A stretch of 64,000 nt of DNA. Origin: Rebecca billardiae RCC1528. Its lineage: Eukaryota > Protista > Haptophyta. This document shows, piece by piece, positions 42,822 to 55,100 of this stretch (its first letter is position 1; each line of letters opens with the position of its first letter). The position numbers and the translations under genes were made by a program. The notes below the pieces were generated by a model. That model was not told the DNA's origin and did not search any database. It was given only the letters and a program-made list of their open reading frames with translations. The DNA is taken from the NCBI GenBank assembly GCA_965240325.2, contig OZ251227.1:1302001-1366000 (forward strand), written 5' to 3'.

Positions 42822-45680
42822 ATGCTCTCCGCGGCCGAGCTCTCGGCAGTGTACGGCGCAGGCCACTCGGGCAACGCGCGCGGCTTCTCGGTCCGCGCGA
42901 CCGGCCGCCTGAGCGCGTACGAGCTCTCCGATGTGTACGGCTCCATGACCATCGGCGCACCTCCACGCGACGCGTCCGAGGGCGGCTCTGGCCCGGCGCG
43001 CGCGGACAACCGGCGCACGATCGCGTCGAGCGGCCCGAAGAGCAAGGCGGGCGGGCTGAAGGTGGGCGGGGCGTTCAAGAAGGGCCCGAACCCGCCCTTC
43101 CTCGCGCGCCGCGCCCAGCTCTTCGACCGGATGCTCGAGCAGCAGGCGAGCCGGCTCGCTTCGCTCCCGAAGGAGCAGATCACCGTCACCATGCCCGACG
43201 GCAAGCAGCTGCAGAAGACGGCGTGGGTGGACTCGCCGCTGTCGATCGCCGAGGGCATCGGCAAGCAGTTCGCGGGGCGCATGTGCGTCGCCGCGCTCAA
43301 GTACTCCCGCCGCCTCCCCGGCATCGGCGAGGTGATCGTCGCGGACGACATGGACGACGACGCAGAGGCGCACACGGAGGGCGGCTGGGAGCTGTGGGAC
43401 CTGGCGCGGCCGTTCGAGGGGGACTGCGAGCTCAAGCTGATCGGGTTTGACGAGCCCGAGGGGCGCGAGACCTTCTGGCACTCCTCCTCGCACGTGCTCG
43501 GCGGCGCGCTCGAGCAGCTGTACGGCTCGCAGCTGACGCACGGCCCGCCCACCTCGGGCGGCTTCTTCTACGACTCGTACATGGGCACGGACGTGGTGCC
43601 CGCGGACGAGCACGGGGCGATCGAGAAGAAGGCGAAGGAGATCAGCAAGGCGAAGAGCCCGTTCGTCCGCCTCGTCATCTCCAAGGAGCAGGCCCTCGAG
43701 CTCTTCTCCGACAACCCGTTCAAGGTGCACACGATCCAGACCAAGGTGCCGGACGGCGCGCTCACGACCGCGTACCGCTGCGGCGATGTGGTCGACCTCT
43801 GCCGCGGGCCGCACCTGCCGCACACGGGCAAGGTGGAGGCGTTCGCCGTGGTGAAGAACTCGTCCGCCTACTTCCTCGGCCAGGTGCGCCGCCTGCGCGC
43901 GCGCGCCGGCGGCGGGAGGGATGGCGCGGCGCGCGCGCGCGCGCGGGGCGCGTTCCGACGCCGCGCTCGCCGCCCGCCCGCCCTCGCTGCCGCCCTCCCG
44001 CCGTGCGCCGCGCAGGCGAACTGCGACTCGCTGCAGCGCGTGTACGGCATCTCCTTCCCCGACTCGAAGCAGCTCAACAAGTGGCGCAAGTTCCAGGAGG
44101 AGGCGGCGAAGCGCGACCACCGGCGCATCGGCACCGACCAGGAGCTGTTCTTCTTCCACGAGCTCTCGCCCGGCAGCTGCTTCTTCCTGCCGCACGGCGC
44201 GCGGCTGTACAACGCGCTGATCGAGTTCATCCGCGGGCGGTACTGGGGCACGGGCGCGCCCGGCGACCGCGTGTACCACGAGGTGATCACGCCCAACATG
44301 TACAACATGGACCTGTGGGTCACCTCGGGACACGCCGCAAAGTGCGCACTTGCGCTGCGCGGCGCCGCGAAGCGAGCGCGCCGCGAGCGCGCGCGGCTGG
44401 CCGCCCGCCGGCCGAAGGCCCCGCGTGCGCTGATGGCGGCCGCGCGCGCTCTGTGCGCCGGTCTCTGTGCGCCCCTGCAGGTACAAGGAGCACATGTTCA
44501 ACTTCGACGTGGAGCGTCAGGAGTTTGGGCTCAAGCCAATGAACTGCCCGGGCCACTGCCTCATGTTCAAGCACCGCGTGCGCTCGTACCGCGAGCTGCC
44601 GCTGCGGCTCGCCGACTTTGGCGTGCTGCACCGCAACGAGCTGTCGGGCGCGCTCACCGGGCTCACGCGCGTCCGCCGCTTCCAGCAGGACGACGCGCAC
44701 ATCTTCTGCACGCTCGGGCAGGTGAAGTCCGAGGTGCGCGGCGTGCTTGAGCTCATCCAGTCCGTGTACGAGGTCTTCGGGATGACCTTCTCGCTCTGCC
44801 TCTCCACGCGGCCCGAGACGAAGATCGGGGACGAGGCGCTGTGGGACCGCGCGGAGCAGTACATGCGCGAGGCGCTCGACGAGTTCGGCCAGCCGTGGAA
44901 GCTCAACCCGGGCGACGGCGCCTTCTACGGCCCCAAGATTGACGTGCGCGTGTACGACGCGCTCGAGCGGCCGCACCAGTGCGCGACCGTGCAGCTCGAC
45001 TTCAACCTGCCCAACCGCTTCGACCTGTCGTACACGGGCGCGGGGACCGAGGCGAAGGACGCGCTCACCGGCACGTCGAGCGACGCCGACCGCGCGCTCG
45101 CCGACCTCGGCAAGCTGCGCCCCGTGATGGTGCACCGAGCAATCCTCGGCTCGGTCGAGCGGATGATCGCCATCCTGACCGAGCACTACGCGGGCAAGTG
45201 GCCGCTCTGGCTCTCGCCCAGGCAGATCATCCTCGTGCCCGTGAGTAAGGAGCAGTTCGAGTACGCGGAGGAGCTGCGCCAGATCTTCCACGGGGTGCGC
45301 GCGCGGCGCGCGCAGCCGCGTGCGCCCCGCCGGCGCCGCGGGCCGGCGACCGCCCTGCCGAGCCCACGCCCCCCACCCGTCGGCGCCCCCCTCCCCACGC
45401 ACCGTGCGCGCAGGCGGGCTTCCACGTGGACGTGGACAGCACGCTCAACACGCTCAAGAAGATGATCCGGGAGGCGGAGCTCAAGCAGTACAACTACATC
45501 CTCACGATCGGGCGGAACGAGGTCGCCGCGCGCTCGGTCAACGTGCGCGCGCGCTCGGGCGCGCAGCTGGGCGAGCAGAAGGTCGACGAGTTCCTGTCGT
45601 ACATCCAGGCGGAGAAGAAGGCGTACGGCGTCGGCTACAGCCACACCGCAGCGCCCGCGACCGCGCCGCCCAAGGAATGA
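42822..45680 (+). CDS. TARS: Threonyl-tRNA synthetase, duplicate copy. Introns 43884-44015, 44342-44480 and 45295-45413.
   Basis: Same sequence as 32173-35031 at offset +10649. Confidence 0.93.
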
Positions 45681-46818
45681 CGGCGCTACAGCGGGCAGCG
45701 CTGCTGCCCGTGCCGTCCGATGGCGGGCGGCGGCGGCGGCGGCGCTAGCACTGCCTCGCCCGGCCACGCGCGCGAGCAGACGCTCGGCGGGCGCCGTGCG
45801 TGCAGGCCTGCCCATGTCTCTCGCCGCGCTCGCCGCGCGCAGGGTCGCACGCGCAACAGCTACGCACGTGCCCGGCCATTGTCCGGCGCACGCCCGTTCA
45901 CTCCGTTGCGCACGCTGAGCGAGATCAAGGCGATGAGCCCGTGAGTGACGCCGACTCTGAACGGAGTACAGTAGACGTAGTTACCCGAACCCGACCACCG
46001 GCCCCGAGACCGAATGACGAGCAGGCTGCGGCCTTCCGGCTTCCAGAATCCAGCAGTGACCAGCTGCTGCCGGACAGCAGATGAACCGCCACTTAAGTCG
46101 CAGTCCATCCCGCATGAGCCGATGAGGCATGAGCAGCCGATCATCGTCATCACACTCGGTGCATGCAGTATGATTATGATCACGTACTACCGGTCGCGGC
46201 ACCCGTGACCGTGACGTGACGATCGACGATTCGGATTATTAATTATATATATACGTCTTTATATACTCGCGAATATATATATACATATACACACACACAC
46301 ATATATATATATATGACAGCGCGCTTTATAAGCCTAATAAGGCCGCGTGAATCAGGCGGGCGTGAGCCGCCAAGCGCGCGCTAGCAGTGCGCGCGCTGAC
46401 GATGATGATGAGCCGATCATCAGATCATCAGCATCACTGAGGCGGATGTTATTTATTTATTTATAATATATTTCTAATATTTTAGTCTATATATATATGC
46501 TGAGACTGATGATGACTGAGGCGGCGGCGCTTTATGCGGCTCGTCCGACTGCCGTGGGGCGGTCGTGATGGGCGTGGTGAGTAGCTACCGTCGGTGTCCC
46601 GCGGCGCGCGTGGTGCGGAAACAGCGGAATCGGCCAAGCCGAACGGCCGATTAAGCTCGAGTACCGGGAGCCAGTAGGCGACCGCGGGAAGCCTAGCTAG
46701 CAACGTCGTGGTGAGGGTGTTCGACGATGGTCAGGCACTTATTGATTGACCTGTGCTAGCGAATAGTGATGATGCTGATGGACCGTGCTTGAATCATGAA
46801 TGGCATCGGATCAATCAA

Positions 46819-48396
46819 TCAAGCGTCACCCGAGGACTCAGAGTCAGCCCCAGGGTCGGCGCCTGCCATCCCCCTCCCCGCGCGTTCGCCATGGGACGCG
46901 GCGGCGCCGCCGGCGCGCGACAGCGCAGCTGCCGCCGCCGGGCCGTCTGACGCAATCGCAGCGAGGTGCGCCAGCTCATCGGTGAGCACGGCGATGTGGC
47001 GCTCCTGGCGGCGGCGCGCGGCCTCAGACTGCTCCAGCGCCGCCTGAAGCGCCGCCACGTCCACGTCCGAGGGCGGGGCGCGGGGCGGCCCGCCGTGGAC
47101 CCCGCCACCTCGCGTGGGCGGGCGGCGCGTCGCGCCCCGGCGCCCGTCTTGCGCCGCAAGCAGCAGCGCGCGCAGCCGGCTGTTTTCAGACTCGAGCCTG
47201 CGCATGCGCGCGCCCAGGGACGCGTCCGGCACGGGCCGCGTCGGCGCGGCACGCCGCGTCCGGCTCGCCGTCGGAGGCGGCGGCATGCGCACGGCGGACT
47301 TTGACGCCGTGTAAGAGAGCTGCGCCGTGGCGGCGTGTGGCGCACGCGCGCGCCCGTGCTGGTCGGGCGCGCGCTCGGCCGTCGGGCCCCAGGCTCGCGC
47401 GGGCTGGGCTCGAGTCCAGCTGGCGCTCAGCAGCTCGGTGCGGCCGGAGGCCTCGGCGGCGGTCAGGCGGGGCGTCGGACGCGCTGGCGCGCTCAGCCGG
47501 CGAAGCGCGGGCACGGGGACGAGCCACGGCCCCGCGGACAACCGCCTCCCATACGGCTGCCCAGGTGGCGGCGTCGAGGCCCGCCGGCTGCGAGCGCGCG
47601 AGGACGAGCCATCGTCGCTCGCGCGCGTGCGCGGCGCGCTCCGCGGCCGCGGAGCGCTCAGCCGCACACGGGCCGTGCCCGCTGCGGCGACGTCCAGCGC
47701 GGCAGCACTCCGGCGGCGCGGCGGGCCGCGGCGTGTGGAGATCGTCGCGCTCGAAGAAGTGGCGACACGGCGCGTGACGGTGCTCTCGCGCCGTGAGGCT
47801 GAGGCTGAGAGCAGGCGCTCAGCGCCCGGCTGGGGCGCGCCCGCCGCCGAGGTGCGCGCGGAGGAGCTTCCGGCCTTCTGATCGGCGGCTTGGCCCTGCT
47901 CGGGGGGCGTGGGCTGCGGCGCACCGTCGTCGGCCATCACCTCGGCCAGCCGGTTGCGCAGCTTTTGCAGGCGCACGAGGTCAGAGATGCGCTCGCGACT
48001 GCCGTCGTGCGGGCTTCCGCTGCTGCGCGCTGGCGAGCGGCCGCCGCGTGGGCTGCTGGCGGGCCGTACTGCGCCAAAGGCGGGGGCTAGGTTGCGCCGC
48101 CGGCTACGTCGGCGAGCAGCTGCGCCCTCAGCGTCCTCGTCCTCGTCCTCGTCCTCCTCGTCGGAGGACGCAGCTGCTGCGCTTCGGGTGCGTGTGACCC
48201 CAAGCGACGCGCCTTCGCTGCCAGACTCGGCGCGCAGCTGGTTGACGTACGCACGTATCTGCGACACAGATATCCGGTCGCCTTCGCGCGCAGACCCCGC
48301 GTCGATCTCATCGAGCCGACTCGTGTACTCGCGCAGCGCCGCCAGCTCCGACCGCGTCGTCGCGCTCACGCGTTGGTCGAGCGCCGACGCAGACAT
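46819..48396 (-). CDS. Hypothetical coiled-coil protein, duplicate copy
   Basis: Same protein as 36170-37747 with one synonymous AGA/AGG difference. Confidence 0.58.
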   Translation of the reverse strand: MSASALDQRVSATTRSELAALREYTSRLDEIDAGSAREGDRISVSQIRAYVNQLRAESGSEGASLGVTRTRSAAAASSDEEDEDEDEDAEGAAARRRSRRRNLAPAFGAVRPASSPRGGRSPARSSGSPHDGSRERISDLVRLQKLRNRLAEVMADDGAPQPTPPEQGQAADQKAGSSSARTSAAGAPQPGAERLLSASASRRESTVTRRVATSSSATISTRRGPPRRRSAAALDVAAAGTARVRLSAPRPRSAPRTRASDDGSSSRARSRRASTPPPGQPYGRRLSAGPWLVPVPALRRLSAPARPTPRLTAAEASGRTELLSASWTRAQPARAWGPTAERAPDQHGRARAPHAATAQLSYTASKSAVRMPPPPTASRTRRAAPTRPVPDASLGARMRRLESENSRLRALLLAAQDGRRGATRRPPTRGGGVHGGPPRAPPSDVDVAALQAALEQSEAARRRQERHIAVLTDELAHLAAIASDGPAAAAALSRAGGAAASHGERAGRGMAGADPGADSESSGDA

Positions 48397-48805
48397 CGTG
48401 CGCAGACCTTACCTCCGAGCGGCGGAGCGGCCGAGCGGGCGATTCGTACGAAAAGCATGGCGGCGAAAAATGAGCGCGACGGCGACGGGCCTATGATAAT
48501 CATATGCTCCAATGCGCGCCTCAATGACGAAATTGCTACTACTATCACTACTAGTACCAGGCCGCCGGAATCGTCGTCACTACTACTACCAGGCGCGAGG
48601 TCGCAGACTTTGCAAATATTCCCCGCGAATCCGGCGCTTCGGCCACGCTGCTTGGCCTTGCGCCTGGCCCCCATTGGCCCTTTGTGCATCACCTAGCCCA
48701 TGCGCTCGAAGCTGGGAGAAGCAAGGGACCGAAGCAAACGTTGCAGCCACGAGCCCGAAAGCTCGAAAGCCAGCTGGCGCGGAAGGATTCCAACAGGTCG
48801 CCGAC

Positions 48806-50318
48806 ATGTGCCGCTCCGTGGATGCGCCGCTACCGTCGCCGACGGCGGCGAGCACGCGGAAGCCGGCGGCGGCAGACGTGCCCTCGCCGAAGCGCACGCG
48901 GTTGTGGCGCCTGTACGGCGCGGTCTACGACTTGGAGGCCTTCGTCAAGTCGCACCCGGGCGGCGAGGTGGCCATCCGGCTCGCGCAAGGAACCGACGAC
49001 GCGAGCGACCTGTTTGCTTCATACCACCCGGTGGGGCACGGGCGCGCGTGGAGCGTGCTCGAATCGTTCCGCGTCGGCGGCGAGCCGCCTAAGCCCGCCC
49101 CCCCGTCGCAGTTCGCTCTCGACCTCCGGGCCATGGTCCGCGAGCACTTTGGTACCACCTCGCGCGCGCCTCACAAGGCGACGGCAGGGCACGCGGCGGT
49201 CTGCTTCGTGTTCGCGGCGGTGCAGATCGCGTGCTGGGTGGGATGGATGCGCGGCTCGTACGCGGCCATGCTTGGCGCCACCTTCTTCCACTGGCTCACC
49301 GCCGTCAACATCTCGCACGATGCGTCGCACTTTGCCTTCTCGGCGTCGCCGGCCGTGAACGAGCTGCTGGTGTACGCGTCGCTGCCGCTCATGTTCGCGC
49401 CGCTGACATGGTACCACCAGCACGTGGTCGCGCACCACACGGGCTGCAACGACGTCTCGCGCGACGTCGACCTGCAGCACTTCGCGCCGATGAAGCTGCA
49501 CCCGTCCGACAGCCGCACCAACCCGCACGGCGGGCACACGCTGCTGGACTACGCCAAGGTGCTCGTGTCGAGCGTGCACCTGGTGCTCGGCGTGCCGCTC
49601 TTCAACTCGGGGCTGCTGCCGTTCGACTGGTACACCGCGCACTACGCGCCGGCGGTCCTCCTGCTCCCCGGCCTCAAGGCCTCCCCGCTCCGCCGCGCGC
49701 TCAACCTGCTGCCGCCTGTTCTCTTCGCCGCGTTTGCCGCCTACCCGATGCTCGCCTTCGACGCGCTGCACAAGCGCGCGCTGTTCGTGCTCGTGCCGAT
49801 CGTGGGCTCGAGCCTGGTGTTCCTGCTCTTCACGCAGGTGTCGCACATCCAACCCGAGGCGCAGCTCGCCGAGACGCAGCTCGAGCCCGACTTCTTCAAG
49901 CGGCAGGCGCGCACGGCGGTCGACTACTCGACCGGCTCGACGTTCTGGGGCTACATGTCGGGCGGGCTCAACCTGCAGTCGCTGCACCACTGCCTGCCGT
50001 ACGTGAACAGCTGCCACTTCGGGGCGCTGTACCCCAAGTTCGAGGCTGTGTGCGCGCGCCACGGCGTCGTGCTTGTCAAGCGGCGCGGCATCTGGGACGC
50101 GGCGTGCACGGCGATGCGGCACGTGTGGACGCTCAACGGTGCGCAGCGGCAGCGCACGCCTGCTGCGCTGCGCTCGCTGGCGCGCGATGCGGCGCCGACG
50201 GGCGCGCGCAGTGCTCGCTGCGCCACTCATCTCCGCCCTCGTCGACTTTCCCCCCCCTTCGCCTCCGCTTGCAGGCTCTCAGCGCAAGCTCATGCTGAAC
50301 GAAGCTGTCTTTGGGTAG
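48806..50318 (+). CDS. Front-end desaturase, duplicate copy. Intron 50139-50274.
   Basis: Same sequence as 38157-39669. Confidence 0.88.
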
Positions 50319-50967
50319 GCGGTGGCTGCGCCAATCTCTTGTTCGATCAGCTTCGATCACGGCGGGAGCATGCTGTGACACAGTTGTGCCCTGCGCCGTG
50401 GTCGAGCAGCGGAGCCGGCGTGCATGCGGGCACTCCCGTCGCTGCGCACGCTGGCTTGCGCGCGCTGCTGGCTGCCTCACGGGGCTGGCACGCGTAGCGC
50501 AGCGGCACGGCAGCATGATCGCTGCTCACATCGGTGACCGCTCCGCGTATTCGGAGCGGCGTATTCGCGCCATGCAATTGCAAGTCTGCTCCTCAGAGAC
50601 TGCTGGCGGAAGCACTGTTGGCCGGTGGCGGCCAGGCTGCGGCCTCCGCCTCTTACACTTTCGGCTACGACCCCTGCCCCTGCCAGGACAGCCGCCAGCC
50701 AGCCTGATGATGGGTAGTCACGTGGTCGTAGACGTAGTCGTCACTAGTCGCGCGGCGACTCGTCAGCGGCGTCAGCCCCGACGGGCCGATTCCGCGGCGG
50801 CCACGCCCGCCGCCCCGCGTGGGCCACGGTCCGCAGTCGGCGCGCCGCGGCGCCCCGCGGGCGCCCGGCGCGCGGCGGAGGCGCCGCGGCGTCGCGGGTA
50901 GTCGTCCGCTATTGTATAAGCTAGCAGTTATAGTAATAATAGCACTTATTGACCTTGTCGTCAACTT

Positions 50968-51884
50968 GGCCTGTTTTATTTCTACCAGCAGATTCCATTT
51001 ACTATGTCACGGCGACAAACCCTTGGCCGCCAGTGGGAATCGGTGTCACGCCCCGTTGGGTGTACCTCTCACGGCCGATGGCGGCCCCCACGTGCGCGAG
51101 GAACGCGATTCCTGCACTCCTCAGTGACCGGTGAGTGCAGGAATCCAGTTGCGGCTCTCGTCCGCCTCGCCATTGTCGCACACGAGGTACACCCAACACC
51201 ATGGGTCGGATCCTAGAACTCTCCGCGCGCTCGCGCCCGCGCGGCGAGGGCACTGGCAGGCTTGTTCTCATCATCTTGTCCAAGACTGCAGCCTGCTAGA
51301 TGCGCGAGGACGCGTGTGCACGCCTTTCCGCGCGTCATGGGTGCGCGTGGCACGCACCTTGTCGTCATCTACGCCGAGGAGGCTTCAGCAACCGGCCCAC
51401 CAACCTGCCGTGACCACGTTCAAATGCAGGCCGGCAGTAGCTGCATGCGAGCGCACGCAACAGAAACATCTCACGCTCGACAAGGAAGTGGTGGCGGACC
51501 GAGTAGAGCTGGAATCATTTGCAGTCCATCTGTTGTTCAAGTATCCTGGTTCACCAGCTGACACGGGCGCGACGCAGCCAAGGCAGAGTGCTTGCAGCTT
51601 GCAGCGCGCCCGCAAGTCGCAACTACTGCGGTCTGCCGCCGCGGCGTGGCGATCGTCACACTGCCGTGCGCTGCGAGTGACCTCTGTGTCATGGCGAAGC
51701 AAGCAGCATGTCTTGGCAACACCTTTCGCTACAGCTCAGCGCCCTAGTACGAACATGCGCCAACGACGTGCCATCACTACTCTGCAATCGCGCCGGCACC
51801 CACCAGCGGGCAAGCCGCAAGCCGCCATTTTACCCGCGTTTTGGCGAATGTCGCCGTTGGGCTCTCGTAGAAATAAAACAGGCC
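50968..51884. mobile_element. ~0.9-kb non-autonomous TIR element, copy 2, with perfect 18-19-bp TIRs
   Basis: (T)GGCCTGTTTTATTTCTAC at 50968 and GTAGAAATAAAACAGGCC(A) at 51867-51884. No clear TSD. Confidence 0.7.
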
Positions 51885-52147
51885 ACGTTTGTCCGTTGTC
51901 GTCCCTCGCGCGCCGCCCGCCCTGACTCATTCTATGATTTAACGTCCTGGACTGGCAGCCGAATAAATAAGTGGCCGCCGTAATCGATGAGACTCATCAG
52001 TATACAGTCAATGGTGCGGCATCAGTGACGATTTCGATGATTACTATGATGATTCGCGGTCATCATCACTGCTCACTCATCACGGCCTGACCGTTGTTAC
52101 TGATTGTCAGTCACTCAGACCTCAGTCAGTCATCGTCGTCGTCATCT

Positions 52148-55100
52148 TCAGTCTAGCACCCCGTCCGTGCGCAGCTGCGCAGAGAGCAGCCTCCTCGCTT
52201 CGCCAAGCTCGCAGAAGGCGCGCGCTGCCTCCTTTGGGCAGAGGCGCTCGTCAGCGGGCCGGCTCTGCTGTCGGTCCGGGTGCACGGCGAGCGAGTGGCG
52301 GCGATGACCTCGGCCTGTGTGAGCGAGGCCGCAGGGCCAAAGGCGAGCAGCTCTCGCGCGCGTGCCTCGCTCATGGCAGCCTCGGCCTCGTCGGCACCGC
52401 CCGGCCCGTCGCCCCCGCGCCGCGCCTCCTCCTCTCGCTCTGCGCGCGCAAACTCGCTCCACGCGCGGCTGAAGTCGGGCTGCCTCGGCCCGCGCCGTGG
52501 CCTGGGGCGAGCACCCGCCGCGTCGCCGCCACCGCCGCCAGCCGAGCCGGCCGAGCCCGCGGGCGGGCAGAAGAGCGCCTCGAGCGCGGCGCGGCCGCCG
52601 CCTTGGTGGAAGTGCACGTCCGCGAGGAAGCGCAGGGCGGTGCGCGCGCGCGTGCACGCCACGTACGTGAGGTTGAGCTCCTGCCGCGCTTGCCAGCCGC
52701 CCTTGTCCATCATGCTGGGCAGCGGCAGCATCGCGGGCTCGAGGAGGTACACCGTGCCGAACTCGAGGCCCTTCGCCTTGTGCACCGTCGAGAGCACGGG
52801 CGCGTCTGCGTGCTGCTCCGCCAGCTCGTCCGGCGGGAGGCAGGCGTGTCGCGCGCCGTCGGCCGAGCCGGAGGCGGCGAGGTCCGCGGGCTGCTGCAGC
52901 GGGCTGCCAAAGCGCTGGCCGATCGCGTCGCGCACCCTCGCAGCGCTGCCGGCGGAGGCGCCGTCTGCGCCGGCCTGAGCCAGCACGTGCTCGGCGATGG
53001 TCAGAATGCACGCCGCCAAGTCGCGCCGCGCGTACTCGGGCGGGGCCGCGGCGCGTTCGCCGTCCGCGCGCGCCTCAGGCTCGCCGTTGTGCCCGTCGTC
53101 TTCGTCCTCGTCCTCCTCGTCCTCCTCCAAGCGCCCCGCGCCCGCCGCGGCCGCGCGCGCGTGCGCCGCCACCTCCTCCGCGGAGCTCTGCTCGAGGGTA
53201 CTCGGCGGGCACAGCGCGTCAAAGAGGCGGAGCACGCGCGCGCGCAGCTGCGGCCGTCCGAGCGCCCGCACGCACACGCCGCGCGCGGCGAGGGCGAAGG
53301 AGAGCGCCACCAGCGGCGCGTTGCTGCGGCACAGCACCGCCTCGCGCGCGAACGGCGGCGCGCGCGCCACGGGATCGGCACTGCCGCCGCCGCCGCCGCC
53401 GCGCGCGGCCGCGCGCGCGACCAGCGTCGTGCCGCCGCCGAGCGGGTACGAGGAGAAGGTGCAGCTCTGCACCACCTCGCCCTCGGCCGCCCCGGCCGCC
53501 GGCTCCGCGTGCGCCACGCCGCGCGCCGCGTACTCGCCGCACTCGGCGGGGCTCGCCGCGCGGTCGATCAGCGCGTTTGCGAGCGCGAGGTGTGCGCGAG
53601 GGCACCGATGGCACGCGGACAGGTGCAGCGTGCGCACGGGCTGCGGGGCCAGCATCGCCGCCACGGAGTCCAGCGCGCTCGCGTCCGCGCCCGCAAAGCC
53701 AAAGATTGCCTGCATCGAGTCGCCCACAGCCACCAGCCTGGCGCCGCGACCGCCGTTGGCGGCCGGGCCGCGCGCGCGCAGCAGCACGCCGAGCATCGCC
53801 TGCCGCGCGCTGTTCGAGTCCTGCACCTCGTCGCACAGCACGTGCGAGTACGCGCCGAGGCCTCCTGAGCGCGCCTCGGCGCGCGCGAAGCATGCGAGCG
53901 CGCACGAGGAGAGCGCGTCCGCGTCCGCGTCCGCTGTGTCGGCGGCTGTGTCGTTGGGCGCGCGCAGCGGCAGCAGCGGCAGCAGCAGCTGGTCGTCAAA
54001 GTCCACGCATGGCAGCGCGTACCGAGGCGCGCGCTCGGCCTCGCCCTTCGCTCCGTCCGCCGGCGAGCCTTGCTCGGCGCGGCGCGGAGCGGCGCGCGGC
54101 GCGCGCGACGCCGCCGCCGCGAGCGCCGCGAGCGCCGGCCGGCCGGGCGCCGGCGCCCACTCGTGCTGTGTGGACACCTCCATGCTGGCCAGCAGCGTCT
54201 CGGCGGCGAGCCGTACGCCGTGGGCGAGCCGAAGCCCTGCCGTCGGCCACGCCTGGCTCGCGCGGCGCACCCGGCTCGCCGACATCCCGCCCGGCCTGAG
54301 CTGCCGCTCGATGCGCGCGCCCAGCTGCAGCTCGTGCGCGATGCACTGCAGAGGCACCTCCAGCGCCTGGCGGCGGCGCCGCGCGCTCGGGCCGTGTGGC
54401 CGCGGGAGCAGCAGCGCCGCGGCGCGCGCGAGCTGCTCGTGCCACTCGGCGCCGTCGCTCCGCGCGTGCCCCTCTGCGCGCAGCAGCCGCTGCTTCGCCA
54501 CGGACACCAGCCGCGCGACGAACGGCGCGTACAGCGCGTGTGTGAGCGAGTGTCGGCTGCGGCTGCCAGCGGGCTCCACGTCGACCGTCGACGGAGCGGG
54601 CGGGCTGCGGGCGGCGCCGCCGCCGGGCGCGCCGCTGGGCGCGCTGCTGGCCGAGGCGTGCCGCACGGGGTACAACGCGCCGAGCACGAGCTTCGACTTG
54701 GCCGCGCACACCGTCACCTGGATCGGCGCGCCGCCGCCCCCGCGGCGCGCGGCGGCGCGCTGCCGTCCGAGCCAGCAGCGCCACGCGCGCAGCCCGAGCG
54801 AGTGGAAGGTGCTCGGCATGCGCACGCCGCGGCGCGCGAGCTCGGTGGTCGCGTCGCGGCCGAAGGCGAGGCAGACGGCGGCGCCGCCCGCCTCGCGCAG
54901 CGCGCAATCGACCGCGCACAGCAGCGAGGTCTTGCCCGCGCCCGCCACCGCAACCACCATCAGGTGCTCGCGCCCCTCCAGGGCCGTGCGCACGGCGAGG
55001 GCCTCGGTCGACTCGGCCGCGCCGGCGGCGGGGAGCTCGGTGGGCGCGCGCAGCTGCCGCGCCGCCTGGCGCTCGCGGTGCACGTGCTGCTTGGTGCGGC

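Larger units (their letters stand above)
31270..51883. repeat. Near-identical ~9.96-kb direct duplication (31270-41231 and 41919-51883, offset 10649) spanning the N gap
   Basis: Matching ORF sets at a constant offset. Differences noticed by eye: T36896 vs C47545 and a small indel near 41205/51855. Confidence 0.97.

Noticed and set aside
40482-44750. 1422-aa ORF joining the TIR element, antisense GPAT and ThrRS
   Set aside because: Artefact of translating through Ns and stop-poor GC-rich DNA.
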